A DNA stretch of 64,000 bases, from the NCBI GenBank assembly GCA_950097015.1, contig CATNEN010000003.1:4464001-4528000 (forward strand), written 5' to 3'. How positions within the stretch are numbered: the first letter of the stretch is position 1; every line of letters begins with the position of its first letter. Below the pieces are notes generated by a model. That model did no database searches, was not told the DNA's origin, and saw only the letters and a list, made by a program, of their open reading frames with translations. The stretch comes from Macrostomum hystrix (Eukaryota; Animalia; Platyhelminthes). Positions 36,542 through 50,076 of the stretch are shown here, in pieces. The position numbers were made by a program, and so were the translations under genes.

Positions 36542-36986
36542 CTGCACAAATAATATCTTAAAGCTGTTGGGTGGCTGCAATGAATTTTTTCTCAATGTGT
36601 AAGTAGAAAATTTTGCATCCTAAATGTTTGACAAATTAGCTCATTTACTTCAAAAAACTTTGTTTTTATTTAAAGAATATATGAATAGCACTTCATATTG
36701 AATATAGTATACTGTGGCGGAGAGTGCACTCTACCCCAGACAGCCGGCCCCAGACATCACACCACGGTCTGGGCGGATGCGTCACCCCTGCTCGCGCGGT
36801 CGCATTGGTTTGCGATCCTCAGTGGGGTTGGGGACATGGAGAAGTCGCGCTGGCCTTTATAAGGCTCTTTGTCTCGGGCACAGAGCCCTCACCCCTTTTT
36901 GCGAACTCAAATAAACACGAACTCGTTTGCGAAGCCAACTCGGCAACCCGCTACATTGGTGAGCCCGACGCAGCCATTTCGTTCCA

Positions 36987-37694
36987 ATGGCCCCTACAAC
37001 CGAAAACTCGGTAGCACTGAAACTGCCCACATTCTGGGCAGCCCAACCGCGGGCTTGGTTCATCCAGGCGGAGGCCCAGTTTCTCCTGCGCGGCATCACC
37101 CAGGAGGAAACCAAGTATTACCATCTGGTCGCCGCCCTGGATCAGCAGACCGCTGAACGCCTGCTGGACGTTCTGGAGAGTCCTCCGGAGTCCGACAAGT
37201 ATGAAGGACTGAAGGCCCGCCTGCTCGGTACCTTTAGTCTGACACGCCAGCAGCGCGCCAGCCGACTGCTCAACCTTTCCGGCCTAGGAGACCGGCGCCC
37301 ATCCGAGCTGATGGACGAGATGCTGGCGCTGCTAGGCGATCACAAACCGTGCCTGTTGTTCGAGGAGCTTTTCCGTCAACAACTTCCCAACGACATCCGG
37401 ATGGCGCTGGTGTCTGCGGATTTTTCGGACCCTCGGGCGGCCGGCCAGCTCGCTGACCAGCTCTGGGCCAGCCGGCCCCAGCCGGTGGCTGCATCCGCTC
37501 AGTTGGCTGGCGAGGCGGAGGTGCACGCGGCACGCCATTTCGGCAACGGTCGAAATAAGCTGCCGCGCCCAACGCAGCGCCCGTCTACCGACGCAAGCGG
37601 CCTATGCCACTTCCACCGCAAGTTCGGCGCAGAGGCGAGGCGTTGCCAGCAGCCCTGCAGTTTCCAGGGAAACGGGCAGGCCGGTCGCCACTGA
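36987..37694 (+). CDS. gag: Gag (235 aa) with a Cx2Hx9Cx3C knuckle
   Basis: [51 protein letters not shown]. Confidence 0.93.
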   Translation: MAPTTENSVALKLPTFWAAQPRAWFIQAEAQFLLRGITQEETKYYHLVAALDQQTAERLLDVLESPPESDKYEGLKARLLGTFSLTRQQRASRLLNLSGLGDRRPSELMDEMLALLGDHKPCLLFEELFRQQLPNDIRMALVSADFSDPRAAGQLADQLWASRPQPVAASAQLAGEAEVHAARHFGNGRNKLPRPTQRPSTDASGLCHFHRKFGAEARRCQQPCSFQGNGQAGRH

Positions 37695-40600
37695 CCATCT
37701 CGGCGGCCGGCAACAATCTGCTGCTCATCCCCGACGTGCACACAGGCCGACGTTTCCTGGTGGACACAGGCGCGGAGGTCAGCATCTTTCCAGCCACCGG
37801 CATCGACACCCGTCACCAGCCCACTGGCCCGCCTCTGTTCGCCGCCAACGGCACGCGCATCCGTACATTCGGCAGTCGGACTATCACGCTGGACATCGGC
37901 CTCAAGACCTGTACTTGGCCCTTTTTGTTGGCTGAGGTCGCACGGCCATTGATCGGCGCAGACTTCCTACGCCATCACGGATTGCTGGTGGATTTGCCTA
38001 ACCGCCGCCTCCTTGATGCCAGCTCTCTGGCCAGCGTGCACCTGCTGCCCGGCACTGGACCAGCACCCCAGATCGCCGCAACCGTGGCCAGCGACACCTA
38101 CAGCCGGATACTGGCCGAGTTCCCCAGCATCACCGAGCCGAGTTTCAAGAAAGCCACTCCACGCCACGGCATCGAGCACCACATACCCACGCAGGGTCCA
38201 CCGGTGCACGCCCGCGCCCGCCGCCTGCCACCCGACAAACTGGCAGCAGCCAAGGAAGAGTTCCGAACGCTCGAACAGCTCGGAATCGTGCGGCGCTCCA
38301 GCAGCCCTTGGTCTTCTCCGTTGCACATGGTGCCGAAGTCATCTGGCGGATGGCGGCCTTGCGGCGATTTCCGGCGCCTTAACGACGCAACGGTGCCGGA
38401 CCGTTACCCTGTACCGCACATCCAGGACTTCTCCGCGCGTCTGGCAGGTTGCTCCATCTTCTCCAAGGTCGACCTGGTGCGCGGATACCACCAGATCCCT
38501 GTCGCAGAGGCCGACATTCCCAAGACGGCCGTCATTACGCCCTTCGGCCTTTTCGAATTCCTCAGAATGCCCTTCGGGCTAAAGAACGCGGCCCAGGCTT
38601 TCCAGCGGCTCGTGGACTCCATCTGCCAGGACCTGCCGTCCGTGTTTGCCTACATCGATGATTTCCTGGTAGCAAGCAGCAGCCCGGAACAACACCAGTC
38701 CGACCTGAGAGTCCTATTCCAGCGGCTGGCAGACAATGGCTTGTTGCTCAACCCGGCCAAATGCCAGTTCGGCCGTAGCGAAATCGACTTCCTGGGCCAT
38801 AGAATCAGCAGCCAGGGAGCCGTGCCATTGCCTGACAAGGTCGAAGCCATACGCAAATTTGCGCCCCCTACGACAGTCAAGGGCCTGCAGGAGTTCACTG
38901 GCATGGTGAATTTCTACCACCGTTTCGTGCCGCGAGCCGCCCAGCTCCTTCGCCCAATCTATCGCGCAATGGCTGGCAAGGAGAAGCTACTGCAGTGGAC
39001 GCAGGAGTTGACCGACGCATTCGAGGACACAAAGCGAGCCCTGGCCGACGCAGTCATGCTGGTGCACCCTGACCCGGAGGCGCCCACGGCACTCACCGTT
39101 GACGCCTCGCAAACGGCCGTCGGAGCCGTCCTCGAGCAGCGGGTCGGCGGCCTGTGGAAGCCGCTTGCATTTTTCAGTAAGCAACTGCGGCCCCCAGAGC
39201 AGAAGTACAGCGCTTTCGACCGCGAGTTGTTGGCGCTCTACCTGGCCACCCGCCATTTCCGTTTCCTCCTGGAAGGCCGCCCTTTTACCGCGTTCACCGA
39301 CCACCAGCCACTCGCCGCAGCCATGGCCAAACTGTCCGAGCCGTGGTCCGCCCGACAGCAGCGGCACCTCGCCTACGTGTCAGAGTACACCACCGACATC
39401 CGGCACGTCGCTGGAAAGGACAATCCCGTGGCCGATGCGCTGTCCCGCTGCACAATCGCAAGTGTGATGCCCGGAGTCGACTACACAGCCATGGCACAGG
39501 CACAGAAACTCGGCGAACCGATGCCGCAAGATTCCGGGCTTCAGCTGAAGCGCGTGGCCATGCGCTCAGGATTGGATCTGCTTTGCGACACTTCCACCGG
39601 CCGGCCGCGCCCGTTGGTGCCGCCAGCTTTCCGTCGATCAGTGTTCGAGGCGATCCACAGCCTGGCACACCCGTCAATCCGCAGCACCCGCCGCTTGGTA
39701 GCCGATCGCTTCGTCTGGCCCGGCCTGAACCGCGACGTCGGCCAGTGGGCGCGCGCCTGCATCGCTTGCCAGACAGCCAAGGTGCAGCGACACGTGGCCA
39801 CCACACCCGACAGCATCCCGGTGCCAGGAGCGCGTTTCGAACATGTGCATATCGACCTCGTGGGCCCTCTGCCACCCTCGCAGGGGTTCACGCACCTGCT
39901 GACTGTGGTCGACCGCTTCACCCGATGGCCCGAGGCCATCCCTTTATCTGACACCTCGGCAGCCACCTGCGCTTCCTCGTTCATCGCCCACTGGATCGCC
40001 CGTTTCGGCGTTCCCCGCGAAATCACATCAGACCGCGGAGCCCAATTCACCTCGGAGCTCTGGACCAACGTGTCTCGCCTGCTGGGCATGCAGCTCCATC
40101 ACACGACAGCGTTTCACCCGCAGGCCAACGGGCTCGTCGAGCGATTCCACAGACAGCTCAAGGCTTCCTTGATGGCGCGGCTAACCGGGCCAGCCTGGAC
40201 CGCTGAGCTCCCGTGGGTGCTTCTAGGCATTCGAACGGCTCCTAAGGAGGACTTCGCAGTTTCGTCAGCCGAGCTGGTTTACGGTGCGCCGCTGACGGTG
40301 CCCGGCGAATGCTTACAGGCCTGTCAGCCCTCATGCAGCCAAGGCGAGTTCCTTGCCAGCCTGCGTAGCGCTGTTCGGGCGTTCCGCCCACCGCCGACCT
40401 CTCAGCACGGCCACCGCCCGCACTCCTGGCCGCCCGCCCTCGATACCTGCACGCACGTTTTCGTCAGGCGCGATGGTCACCGTTCGGCGCTCCAGAGGCC
40501 GTACGATGGCCCATTCAAGGTGCTGGAGCGGGGCGCCAAGGTTTTCCTGCTAGATCTTGGCACCCGGCGTGACTACGTCTCCGTGGACCGGCTGAAGCCA

Positions 40601-40798
40601 GCGACGCTTGATCCAACGTGTCCAGTGCCCTTGCCTGCGCTGCGGCCTCGCGGCCGTCCTCCACGGAACCCCGCGGAATGCACCCCTCCTCTGACCGCCA
40701 ACGAGCCAGCCAGCACCACAGAGGCCCCACGCGTTCCGCCGCAAAAGCAACCAGCTTGCCGTCAGCAGCCCAGCCGTCGATGCCGGCAGCCACCGTAG
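37604..40798 (+). CDS. pol: Pol (protease-RT-RNaseH-integrase), in the -1 frame relative to gag
   Basis: LVDTGA; [12 protein letters not shown]; VDAS, DRELLA, TDH; HHCC, IDLVG, SDRG, VERFHR, RPYDGPF. Confidence 0.96.
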   Translation: MPLPPQVRRRGEALPAALQFPGKRAGRSPLTISAAGNNLLLIPDVHTGRRFLVDTGAEVSIFPATGIDTRHQPTGPPLFAANGTRIRTFGSRTITLDIGLKTCTWPFLLAEVARPLIGADFLRHHGLLVDLPNRRLLDASSLASVHLLPGTGPAPQIAATVASDTYSRILAEFPSITEPSFKKATPRHGIEHHIPTQGPPVHARARRLPPDKLAAAKEEFRTLEQLGIVRRSSSPWSSPLHMVPKSSGGWRPCGDFRRLNDATVPDRYPVPHIQDFSARLAGCSIFSKVDLVRGYHQIPVAEADIPKTAVITPFGLFEFLRMPFGLKNAAQAFQRLVDSICQDLPSVFAYIDDFLVASSSPEQHQSDLRVLFQRLADNGLLLNPAKCQFGRSEIDFLGHRISSQGAVPLPDKVEAIRKFAPPTTVKGLQEFTGMVNFYHRFVPRAAQLLRPIYRAMAGKEKLLQWTQELTDAFEDTKRALADAVMLVHPDPEAPTALTVDASQTAVGAVLEQRVGGLWKPLAFFSKQLRPPEQKYSAFDRELLALYLATRHFRFLLEGRPFTAFTDHQPLAAAMAKLSEPWSARQQRHLAYVSEYTTDIRHVAGKDNPVADALSRCTIASVMPGVDYTAMAQAQKLGEPMPQDSGLQLKRVAMRSGLDLLCDTSTGRPRPLVPPAFRRSVFEAIHSLAHPSIRSTRRLVADRFVWPGLNRDVGQWARACIACQTAKVQRHVATTPDSIPVPGARFEHVHIDLVGPLPPSQGFTHLLTVVDRFTRWPEAIPLSDTSAATCASSFIAHWIARFGVPREITSDRGAQFTSELWTNVSRLLGMQLHHTTAFHPQANGLVERFHRQLKASLMARLTGPAWTAELPWVLLGIRTAPKEDFAVSSAELVYGAPLTVPGECLQACQPSCSQGEFLASLRSAVRAFRPPPTSQHGHRPHSWPPALDTCTHVFVRRDGHRSALQRPYDGPFKVLERGAKVFLLDLGTRRDYVSVDRLKPATLDPTCPVPLPALRPRGRPPRNPAECTPPLTANEPASTTEAPRVPPQKQPACRQQPSRRCRQPP
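37667..37711 (+). promoter_or_regulatory. -1 programmed ribosomal frameshift signal
   Basis: G_GGA_AAC slippery heptamer in the gag frame, a 6-nt spacer, then a 10-bp stem GCCGGTCGCC/GGCGGCCGGC. Confidence 0.85.
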
Positions 40799-43700
40799 GC
40801 CAGCGCTGGGGGGAGCTCTGTGGCGGAGAGTGCACTCTACCCCAGACAGCCGGCCCCAGACATCACACCACGGTCTGGGCGGATGCGTCACCCCTGCTCG
40901 CGCGGTCGCATTGGTTTGCGATCCTCAGTGGGGTTGGGGACATGGAGAAGTCGCGCTGGCCTTTATAAGGCTCTTTGTCTCGGGCACAGAGCCCTCACCC
41001 CTTTTTGCGAACTCAAATAAACACGAACTCGTTTGCGAAGCCAACTCGGCAACCCGCTACAATACAGTATGATATGGCTCCAGATTTAGACAAAAACCCA
41101 TAAGTCTGATTTGTTAAAAAAATAACTGATTACAATTGACTAGGACAAGACAAAGTGCTAAAGTTGAATTGGAAAATCAATGTGGGCCCCTCACAATAGG
41201 ATCACAATCACTTTGTCATACAACTTCTCAAATGAATTTTGCCAAAATATTTTATTAATCTTTTAAAATTTATTGTCACATAATTATAAAGGCTCAGGCT
41301 CTAAAAACATAAGTCACTTTTATTTACAAATTATAGGCTCCAGTGTCAATCCTATTGAATCATTTGTAAAATATTTTTTGCTGAAATTATCTTATTATAT
41401 TTTTATAAGGCTTAAATAAACTATAACAAGTGAATTAGTTATTAGCTTAATGTGTAATAACAGCTAAATCATTGGCTGTAAAGTTTATTAAAACAGACAA
41501 CATAAAAATTATGCACTAAGGACTTATGCATTAATTAGAAATTCTGTTTATTATAGCTTCAGACTAAACAGCTTGGGGACCTTTAAACAAAAATCTGAAT
41601 GCTAGAATTAAAGTCAAGCTAAACATGTGATAACTTTTTACTTTTTTATGTTATAGGCCTACAGTTTACTACAAATACACTGTTGTTTAAAGTACTGAAA
41701 GTAGTACCCTTGTTAATCTCATTCAATATGAAACACTAGGTGACAAGAAGTTGCTCCTTAGGCCAGCCCAATTAGCCAAAACCAAATATAAAAATATTAC
41801 ACAAAGTCAAATAGTTTGCAAGTATTTGTTATAATCTAATGTATTTTTGTTGGTAGTCGTTATTTGTCCGGTTAACTGGACCAATAGCTGTTTGATTATT
41901 TGCCCAGTTAATTATTTTATCTTACAAATGATAGAGGTTCTCGTGGTAGCGCTACAACCCTTTATAACTTAGTTGATCACTCAAGAGGAAAGCCTATCGA
42001 GGAGTTGAAATTGGGGTCCTTGCTGTTGATCCGGGTATTGTCCCTTGCTGGTGACCCAGTTGACTTTGTAGAAGTATTCGAATGAGTCACTACAACTTCA
42101 CGCTTCAAATGAACATAGGTTACTCTTTAGTTATTTAGTTATTTACAAATTATTTAGTTATTATATTAGTTATTTACTCTTTAGTTACTCTTTAGGATAA
42201 AAATACAAATCAAACAGACATTAGTTTGATATAAACAATTTGGCTTAAAGGGAAGATCTCTTCCAACATGCATAGTTTGGTGCCTTCCTTCTAATACAGA
42301 CATACATGCGCAACTTCCCAAATCTTAGCCGGCCATGCAACTTAGTTTTTGCTCTAATTTGCGACTTAGTTCGTTTCATTGCTCTATTTACGACTTAGTT
42401 TGCTCTCATTTGCTCTCTTTTTCTCTCCCCTTTTTCCTTTTCTTTACGCCTTCCTTTTTTGTCCCTTGGTCCCCCTTTGATTTTTTGCGCTTGGTTGATT
42501 GGTTTCTGTGACTTACCTTGCTTGGCCCTTGTTTCACCTGGCCGGTTTGGCTGGGTTGGCCGGGTGTTGCGCATGTATGAATATAGACATTTGGTATGAA
42601 ATCTAAAATTAACAATAAAATCACTAACCGGACGAATAATCAAACTGCCATTTTTGTTTTAGGTGCCAAATAATATATATTAAGAAGTGTCTGATATTTC
42701 TTTATAAAAAACATGAAGAGTAATACTAAGAAAGAGATATAAAAGGAGAAATAGAAAGTATATGAAATAAGTGCTATACACTTGAGATCATTAGTACAAC
42801 CAGAAAGCCTAGGCCTATGCGCACAAACATTTGTAAACTAAATTGAATAGTAAATGGCCAAAAGAATATCCTATATAAGAATCCTAAAAACACTTAATAC
42901 ACTACCTAAATAGTCACAATACATTCTTAGAATACATAAAAAACTAATAAGATGGACAAGTCAAAAAACTATTTGAAATTGAAACATTGTAATTCTCAGA
43001 AATAATTAAGAAAGTTTTTGCTTAGATTAACACTAAAACTTTGGTGACACCATATCCTTAGAGTGATAATCAAATAGAGAAACAGTAGAAAAATGTTGGT
43101 GATATTTGTGTAATAAGTCATAAAGATAACCCTAAAAAAGTTTTTATGTATTCATAGCATGAACAAGCAAATATAAGCAGATTATAACTAGGCCCTAAGG
43201 CCCCTAACTAAACTCAATACAGTAACTTTTTAACTACAAATTGCTTTTATGTTAGACCTTAGTAACTTTTTATCTATCAAGAATCAAGTCAACTTAAATT
43301 GTTGAATTCATTATCCAGTACAATAAAAATATATTGCTATATGATAAAGTGACTTGCACCTTCTCATTGTTTTGTTTAGGTAGAGAAAAATGTAAAAACT
43401 CAACTGAAATGGCAAGCTTTTTGGGCTCAGAGAGTGGAAATATCAATTTTGAGCTGTGCTTTTTGTTTAAATTCTGTGATTAAAACTGACACTGCTGGAC
43501 TTTGGAAGAAGGAAGTCAATGACCAATGCATTGATTATAGGATTTATAGCTAGGGATAGCAGCTTCATTTCTCCATAGTCCGGGTCTCGGCATGGTGTAC
43601 GCCAACAAAAATCCTGTTTTTTCTATTGTACGCAAGGATCTACTCCTTAAAGTTGTAAAAGGCGAACTCATCAAAATTGTTGCTAAACTGTACTGGACGC

Positions 43701-46616
43701 CAATATGTATGGGTTGGGTTCTAATACATAGGTAGGTAATTTACCGAGTATAACTTATTTTTATGTGTTATTTGAATCTATGTCAGTTTTTAAATGTATC
43801 AAGCTTTCTGCAAATTTACCTTGTAATTATTTGGTTATGCTTTCAGTAGTGCTTTCCCTGATACCTACTGGACATACTCTACTATATTTTGTTTTACGGT
43901 ATGCTATGTACCAAACTGTATTTAAAATGTGAATGCAAGTGCAAATGCAAGTTTCGCGAACGTCGTGCATAAGTGCGCGTCGTCGTATCTGTTGAGAGCG
44001 TAGCTAGCGTTATCCTCTCTTAAATACTTGGTTACTTAGCTCTTAAATTATATAACTTAATAAATATAACATACTAAAGATAATAACATGCATATAATGA
44101 TCGCCAACAAATAAATACTAATACATCGGATACGAAAAACTTTTATGACGAGATGAGTTCGATGCTTACATCATAAATAAAAAAACAACGACGTAGTTAA
44201 TAACTATAATCTGTTTAAATTCTTTGACTCCAATACTCTACGTTCGCTAACTTTTTTTACACGAGCGATATTCAGATTGATATTCGACGATATTACCAAA
44301 AAGCACACAATTAATCGTCATCGAATCTACTCCAAACTCAATGAATCGCTTTTCGCATAATTAAAACTGCAACGCAGAAAGTTTTTATGCAGTTTTCGTG
44401 GATTAAGAAGAAAATTATTTTAAAAAATTGATGCTAGCTATAAATAATCTCTAAAATGCTAGCATTTTAAAATGCATGCATATATATACTCGACCAAATG
44501 AATTGAAAATTGACTGAAAGCGATTCACCCAGCCACAAATGAGATTGCTAAAGAAATCAGCTCGATTGGATGTGCTGCTGAAGAGATATTCGAGAAAAAA
44601 ACGGATGCTCTCATTGCCCAAAGTGTATTAGATTGATTTCCGAACTGCAAATAAAAAAACTATAGTTATTAAAGAGAAAAGAAACGAGTTACATTTTCGT
44701 AGTGACTTACTTCAATCACCTATTCGAAAAAGGCAGTACAGCAGGGTACGGCAGAATTTCGATTCGTCAGCAATTTTGGCCTCGCAGTCTCGATGGAACC
44801 AGTTGAGACACGATGGGCACTCGATCTGTGGACGCAAGTTTTTGCTTTTTAGTGCGACTTTGTTCTACATGCAAACCTAACCAAATCATCTTGATTAACA
44901 ATTATAGACGATAAATTTTCGTCAAAAATACTCGTTTGGCGTTTTAGTCGATTACTATTAAATAAAAATGATTGCCCGTGTAGGCCTATGCAAATATATG
45001 TGACGAGCCTGTGTGGTTTTGTAAGGGTGGGTACTTAAAAGCAGTTTATTTGTGCGTGCTTTGAAAGCAATTTTACGAAATACTGCAGAAAGTAAAAAGT
45101 AAAGCAAAATTAAGTCAAATACCGCTTGAGTTTGACAGCGATTGACAATCTCTTGCTGTAAGAGAACCGTGTCTCTATATGGTGGTCCAATACAGCAAAT
45201 TTTCTAGTTCAGAGTAAGTTAAAACCACTGTGTGCCAACAGAATTAATGGTCTAGTGAGCAAATATAGGCGTGTATAATCTGTAAATGGATAGAACAGAG
45301 CAAGAATTTGATATTTACATTAAAGTCGATTCACTTGTTTCCGTCAAGACTTCTCCGATGTGACTCAAGAATTGCGAACCCAACTGGATGTTTCAGTCTG
45401 GCCACAATCGGATCAGGTCTCGATCATTCGTCTTTTTGCTATCGTTTTTTCTGCAGTGGAATTTCTTCTGTCTCTTTATTTGTTTATTCATCATTCTCTG
45501 CCTCTCCGACGTCTGTGTCGGAGACGAGAAGGTGAGTAAAATTTCTAGTACTAGCGTCACCAAAATATCACCGGCGCCTGCGACTCTTTCGCCTTCGACT
45601 TACCCACTCCTCTTTAGCAGTCTCCTCTGTTACTGTGGCGGCTCCGTACGCGATGAAAATTTCTTGATGTTATTATAGCCTGACATGCGAAGACAGCAAG
45701 TTGAAATCTTTCGCATTGCATTTAGATAGCGTTGTTTGAAGCGTACCGAGAGAATACAAACTTTCTTGATGAAGAATCTAGATGGAGCCCAATTTTTCTG
45801 ACGTCATGAATGTCTATTTCAATCACAGGTTCCTGCTCAAAGTTTTAATTACTCACGACAACATCGTCCAGCATAAGCTTGTTGGAGCCCATCGCGTCGT
45901 CTTCATTAAAATTCTGAGAATATGCGCCAGAGTGAGATGGCGAGCGGCGATGAGGAGAGTCAGAGCGAGAAGGCGACTCTGCCAGGGGTTAGCGATATGG
46001 GCGGCATCTGCCGCCTCCTCGCTGCGTCCGTCATGGAGGCTCCCTGCCGCTAAGTCAAGAGAAGGCGACTTAAAACTAGAAGGTCTAGGAAATTTTGATA
46101 AGCTATCTGTCTATATGTACAATATTATATGCCCGTCCATTAGAAAAAAATGACAAGCGCATATTATTTATGACCCAAGAAAAGACAAAAGCGCGAACCT
46201 CGTCTTGTTTTGGACTTTAACAAGCTACGCCAAGCAGATAAGCATGCAGCAGCAGAATAAGAGGCAACAAGAAAACCTTTTAATCAAAAAAGTTTAAGAA
46301 TTTACTGAAAATTAGGCTTGTGCTTTTGAATTTTACCAGAGCAAAACAAAAATTTCGAATGCTGCAATTAAATGTGCTAAAAGCTTTTGGAATTTGTCTT
46401 AACTCCTCACTCTGGCCATAGACATTGACGGGTCCTCTAAAAGAGTGTTAGCTACGCAAAGCACTTTTTTAAGCACTATAAAAAATACAATGATAGAAGA
46501 ACGCGCCCATTTTGACCGCACTGATTTACCAAAGACGGCAAATTGGCTAGCCGAATCATTAAAAGATACGGCTATAATTATTAATAATCTGCATACGAGC
46601 TGAAAATTGCGACGGC

Positions 46617-48104
46617 ATGAGTTCAAGCCACAGCCTCGCAGAGGCACTGAAGAAGTCTTGTCCTCAGCAGCTCAGAACGCAGTTTCACAAGTCACCGCGC
46701 GTCCTCAGTGCGGACAACAGCGAGCCCTCCTATATCATATCCAGCATGCGCCGGCACAACAAGGAAGTGATAAGACTACCCTCCAGGCCGTGGCACTCGC
46801 CTTCCAGACTGTTGAAGACTTGCCGTGCCACGCCGCCGACTGAAAATCTGTGGCCGCCAAAGTTCCAGGAGTCGCCAAGCATTATGCAGTCTCGACCCCC
46901 TCAGCTGGCGACGAGAGATAAATCTCACCAGAAGCTCAGACTGATGGGCATCATAAGCGACTCGTTGCACATCAGTCAGGGCAAGGGCATCCGCGAGGAT
47001 ACAAAATCGATCGGAACTTATTCTAGCGTCACGGATAGTATATCTACCGATATTAACGTGGCCAATGATTCACTTTGCACCTACAGCGAATCGTGTCGCC
47101 AGAGCAATCAACCCGCCAGGCGGTTGAAAAATAAATCGAAGCGCGACCAACGGCTGGCCTGCAAAGATTCAGAGGACTGCTGCCACTGCTGCAACTGCTG
47201 TTCACCGACACCCGCTTCCAGCCTCTTCAGGGACTTGCAGCACCAGTGCCATGCGCGAAATGTGCCTGTCTCGCTGAAGAGTGAGCAGCCAGAGCCTGTC
47301 CAGTGCGCATCGATGTCAAAGCGAGACGAACCCAGTGGCCATAACGCCAAAGGTCAGCAGTTATTCATTCAAAGCATTAATATCTCTAGCCCGTGTGCGA
47401 ATGTGTGCTCGATTTATCTTTTAAAGTCGTAGGAAAATGGTCCCCTCTGGCGCTGTTTGCTGATTGGCTGGCTGGGTGGGGTTGGTGTCGAGGTTGGTAG
47501 CGTCTGTGGAGGGAGTGGGTAGCGGCGGAGGACGGGTTGTGAAGGGTGGGAATGGTCGGAGGTAGGATCCATGGAGGGGAGGATTGTAGCCTTGGAGGCT
47601 GTAATGGGGTCTTTGGGGTTGGCGTTGGATCGATTTCAGAATTTGCAAAGATGATAGGGTTTGGTGTGTACTGTAAATGTTGGGTTTGTTGTTGGGGTGA
47701 GTGCTCCCAATGATAAGCAATATTTTTAAGCAGTTACTTATATGCACGTCCGTTTAAGAAGCCAGTAACTACAACCACACTCCTCCCCCCCATTCCCCCC
47801 AATCCAGCTGCCAAGGCCTCCTGCATGGCGCAGCAGTGCAGTCCGAGCCAGGGCAGCGGTCGCAGCGAGGCAGAATTCGGTCGAGATGAGTTGAAAGTCT
47901 GCAGCCACTGTCAGGAGTCGCTAAGTACCAGCGACAAAAGCTCTACAGAGAAGAGCAGCGCGGAAGACGAAAATCAATCTAAAGTTGCATATAAAAGTTC
48001 CAACTCTGGCAGCGACCTGTCATCTATAGCGCTGAGCTGTATGGAGATGAGCAGTCCTCAGGGGGCTGCAGAGACATTGTTGAGACTCCTGTCACATTTA
48101 CAAA

Positions 48105-48143
<39 letters not shown>

Positions 48144-49444
48144 CTAATCTGTGCCAACTCGCTGGATTCTATGACTTAAGTGGGATGTCCAGTGCGTTGT
48201 CCAGTGCGTTGTCCAGTTCTACATTGGAATCCAAAGGGCTTAATTGCCTCAGAACATTTGTCGAGCGTCAGCAGCGACAGAAGTCATCACAGTTTGAGCA
48301 GCAGCATCAGAAATCACCACAGCATGATCAGCAACAACAGCAACAGCAGCAGCTGCTGTCAGTACTACCGCTAGAGCAACAGCCTAAGCAACTCAAGTTG
48401 CAAAAACAGGTACAACAGAGCTCTAATCAACGATTGCCACCAGAGTTATATGAAAAGCAAAAAATCTTGGTACAGCAGCACATGCTTAGTGCAAAGCAAC
48501 AACCCCATATGCAGCAGCAGCATCAAACAGTTGAACAACACTCCCTGAAGCTCAAGTCACCCACTTTGCACCACGACAAATCGATCAGCTCGGCCACAGC
48601 CAGCTCTACGCCCGAAATGCATCAACAGCAGCAGCAGAATTTATCAGAAAGTCAGCAATCTAATCGGCTGCCAAAGTCTTTCGAGCAGCAGCATCAGAAC
48701 GAGTATCAGCAATACCTGAGACGTCCACAAGTGGCCATTTTTCGACCGGGTCGCCATCTGTTTGACCGGAGCAGTTCAAACTCCACCTACTCGCTAAGCG
48801 AATCACATCTCACTTCAAGCCAGTGTAATTCCGCTCGTGAAGAGGAAATTATACCAAAATCTGACGACCTGGCCCACCTGTCCGAAGTCAGCTCTTCGGA
48901 GAATGATGACGTCACCGGTAGCGTCGAAGAAATTCTTGATCGAATTCGGTGTCCCAGCGACGACTCAGACGATGAGGTAAGCAGTAGTGCAGTCGGTTAC
49001 AACAACAACACTGGTGGCAGCGGCGGGGGCAGCGGCGGCGGAGGCGGTGGCGGCGTCTCAAAGGTGGGCGCTATGGCAGAATCGGCTGCGGAAACAGAAA
49101 AGGACGGCAAAGCTAGAATGCCTCTGTGCCGTGAGAGCGAAGAACAGCAATTTTCGCCCTCATCGCTCTCGAACAGTCAGCGAAACCAGAAGCCACAGCA
49201 CCGCGAGGGAATCCAGCAGCGCATCTCTAGAAGACATAAAAAGCGACGGCAACAAGTTGAAGACCAGCTTCTCCAGCAGAAGCCGAAAGTGGAGTCCATC
49301 TCAACAGAGGATGAGACGCTCTTCTCCTCTCGCTACGGAAGGCTGAAGACGCCAGAAGTTTACAAGCAGGACTTCCTCTCCATGTTGAAGCAGAACAAGA
49401 CTCAGGGCCGGCTGAATCATCAGCTGAGAAGTACCAAGCGCTGA
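46617..49444 (+). CDS. Uncharacterised Ser/Gln-rich low-complexity protein; exons 46617-47352, 47808-49444 (about 790 aa)
   Basis: Two long ORFs joined in frame by a phase-1 GT-AG intron (aaag|gtcagc ... ccaatccag|ct); polyQ and polyG tracts; no recognisable domain. Confidence 0.6.
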
Positions 49445-50076
49445 TAAAAAGTAGACCTCGACGCCGGCATTGATCCGGCAGCCCGCAAGCTCCCTGAAAG
49501 CTATGTTTTCCAGTCGATCAGCTTTGGAGATTAAATATTTTAAAACTTGGCCCAGCCGACCGATTTTCTGACAGAAAGTCAGACAGACTTCACTTTGGAG
49601 AAACTCGCGATTTGTACAAAGATGACGCCTGTATTAATTCTGACTGCATTTTACTAATTTCAATGTAACTTTGTTAAATAGTACATGCACTCGTATATAC
49701 TTTTAGCGCGAACAGCGGGTCACTGTTTGGCTAAACCCTTACTTGCGTTCCGTCTCTAGCACGCCGCAACGTCTTATATTAATACGCATTTAAAATAAAT
49801 ATTTTATTGTGGTCATTTACGAGCTATGGCAGCTGTTGAGCACTGTACTTGCCGAAGAGTGCCAACAACTTGTAATCCTGAAACGCTCTTCTAAGACCAA
49901 ATAGCTCGCGACCATGAGTTTAACGTTTGCGTACCTCGCCCGGTATTGTTGCCTGCCTTCTTGCACGACAAAAATGGTAAAACTCACAACTGCGCTAATA
50001 AAGAAATACGTTTTAATTATGTTTAAATATACGAGTAAAAGCCAACCTACAATTTTCTTAACATCGACACACGGAA

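Larger units (their letters stand above)
36713..41061 (+). mobile_element. Intact Ty3/Gypsy LTR retrotransposon, CsRn1 clade
   Basis: 243-bp TG..CA LTRs (36713-36955, 40819-41061), apparently identical; TSD ATAC; PBS TGGTGAGCCCGACG (tRNA-Trp-like); PPT gggggggag; CHCC Gag. Confidence 0.97.

Noticed and set aside
41066-46600. Short ORFs in the AT-rich interval (42395-42643, 45308-46153)
   Set aside because: No recognisable motifs or consistent exon chain; may hold promoters or UTR exons but this cannot be supported from sequence.
47421-47747. 108-aa minus-strand ORF in the orphan gene's intron, possibly a LINE tail
   Set aside because: No RT or endonuclease motif, tail or TSD identifiable.
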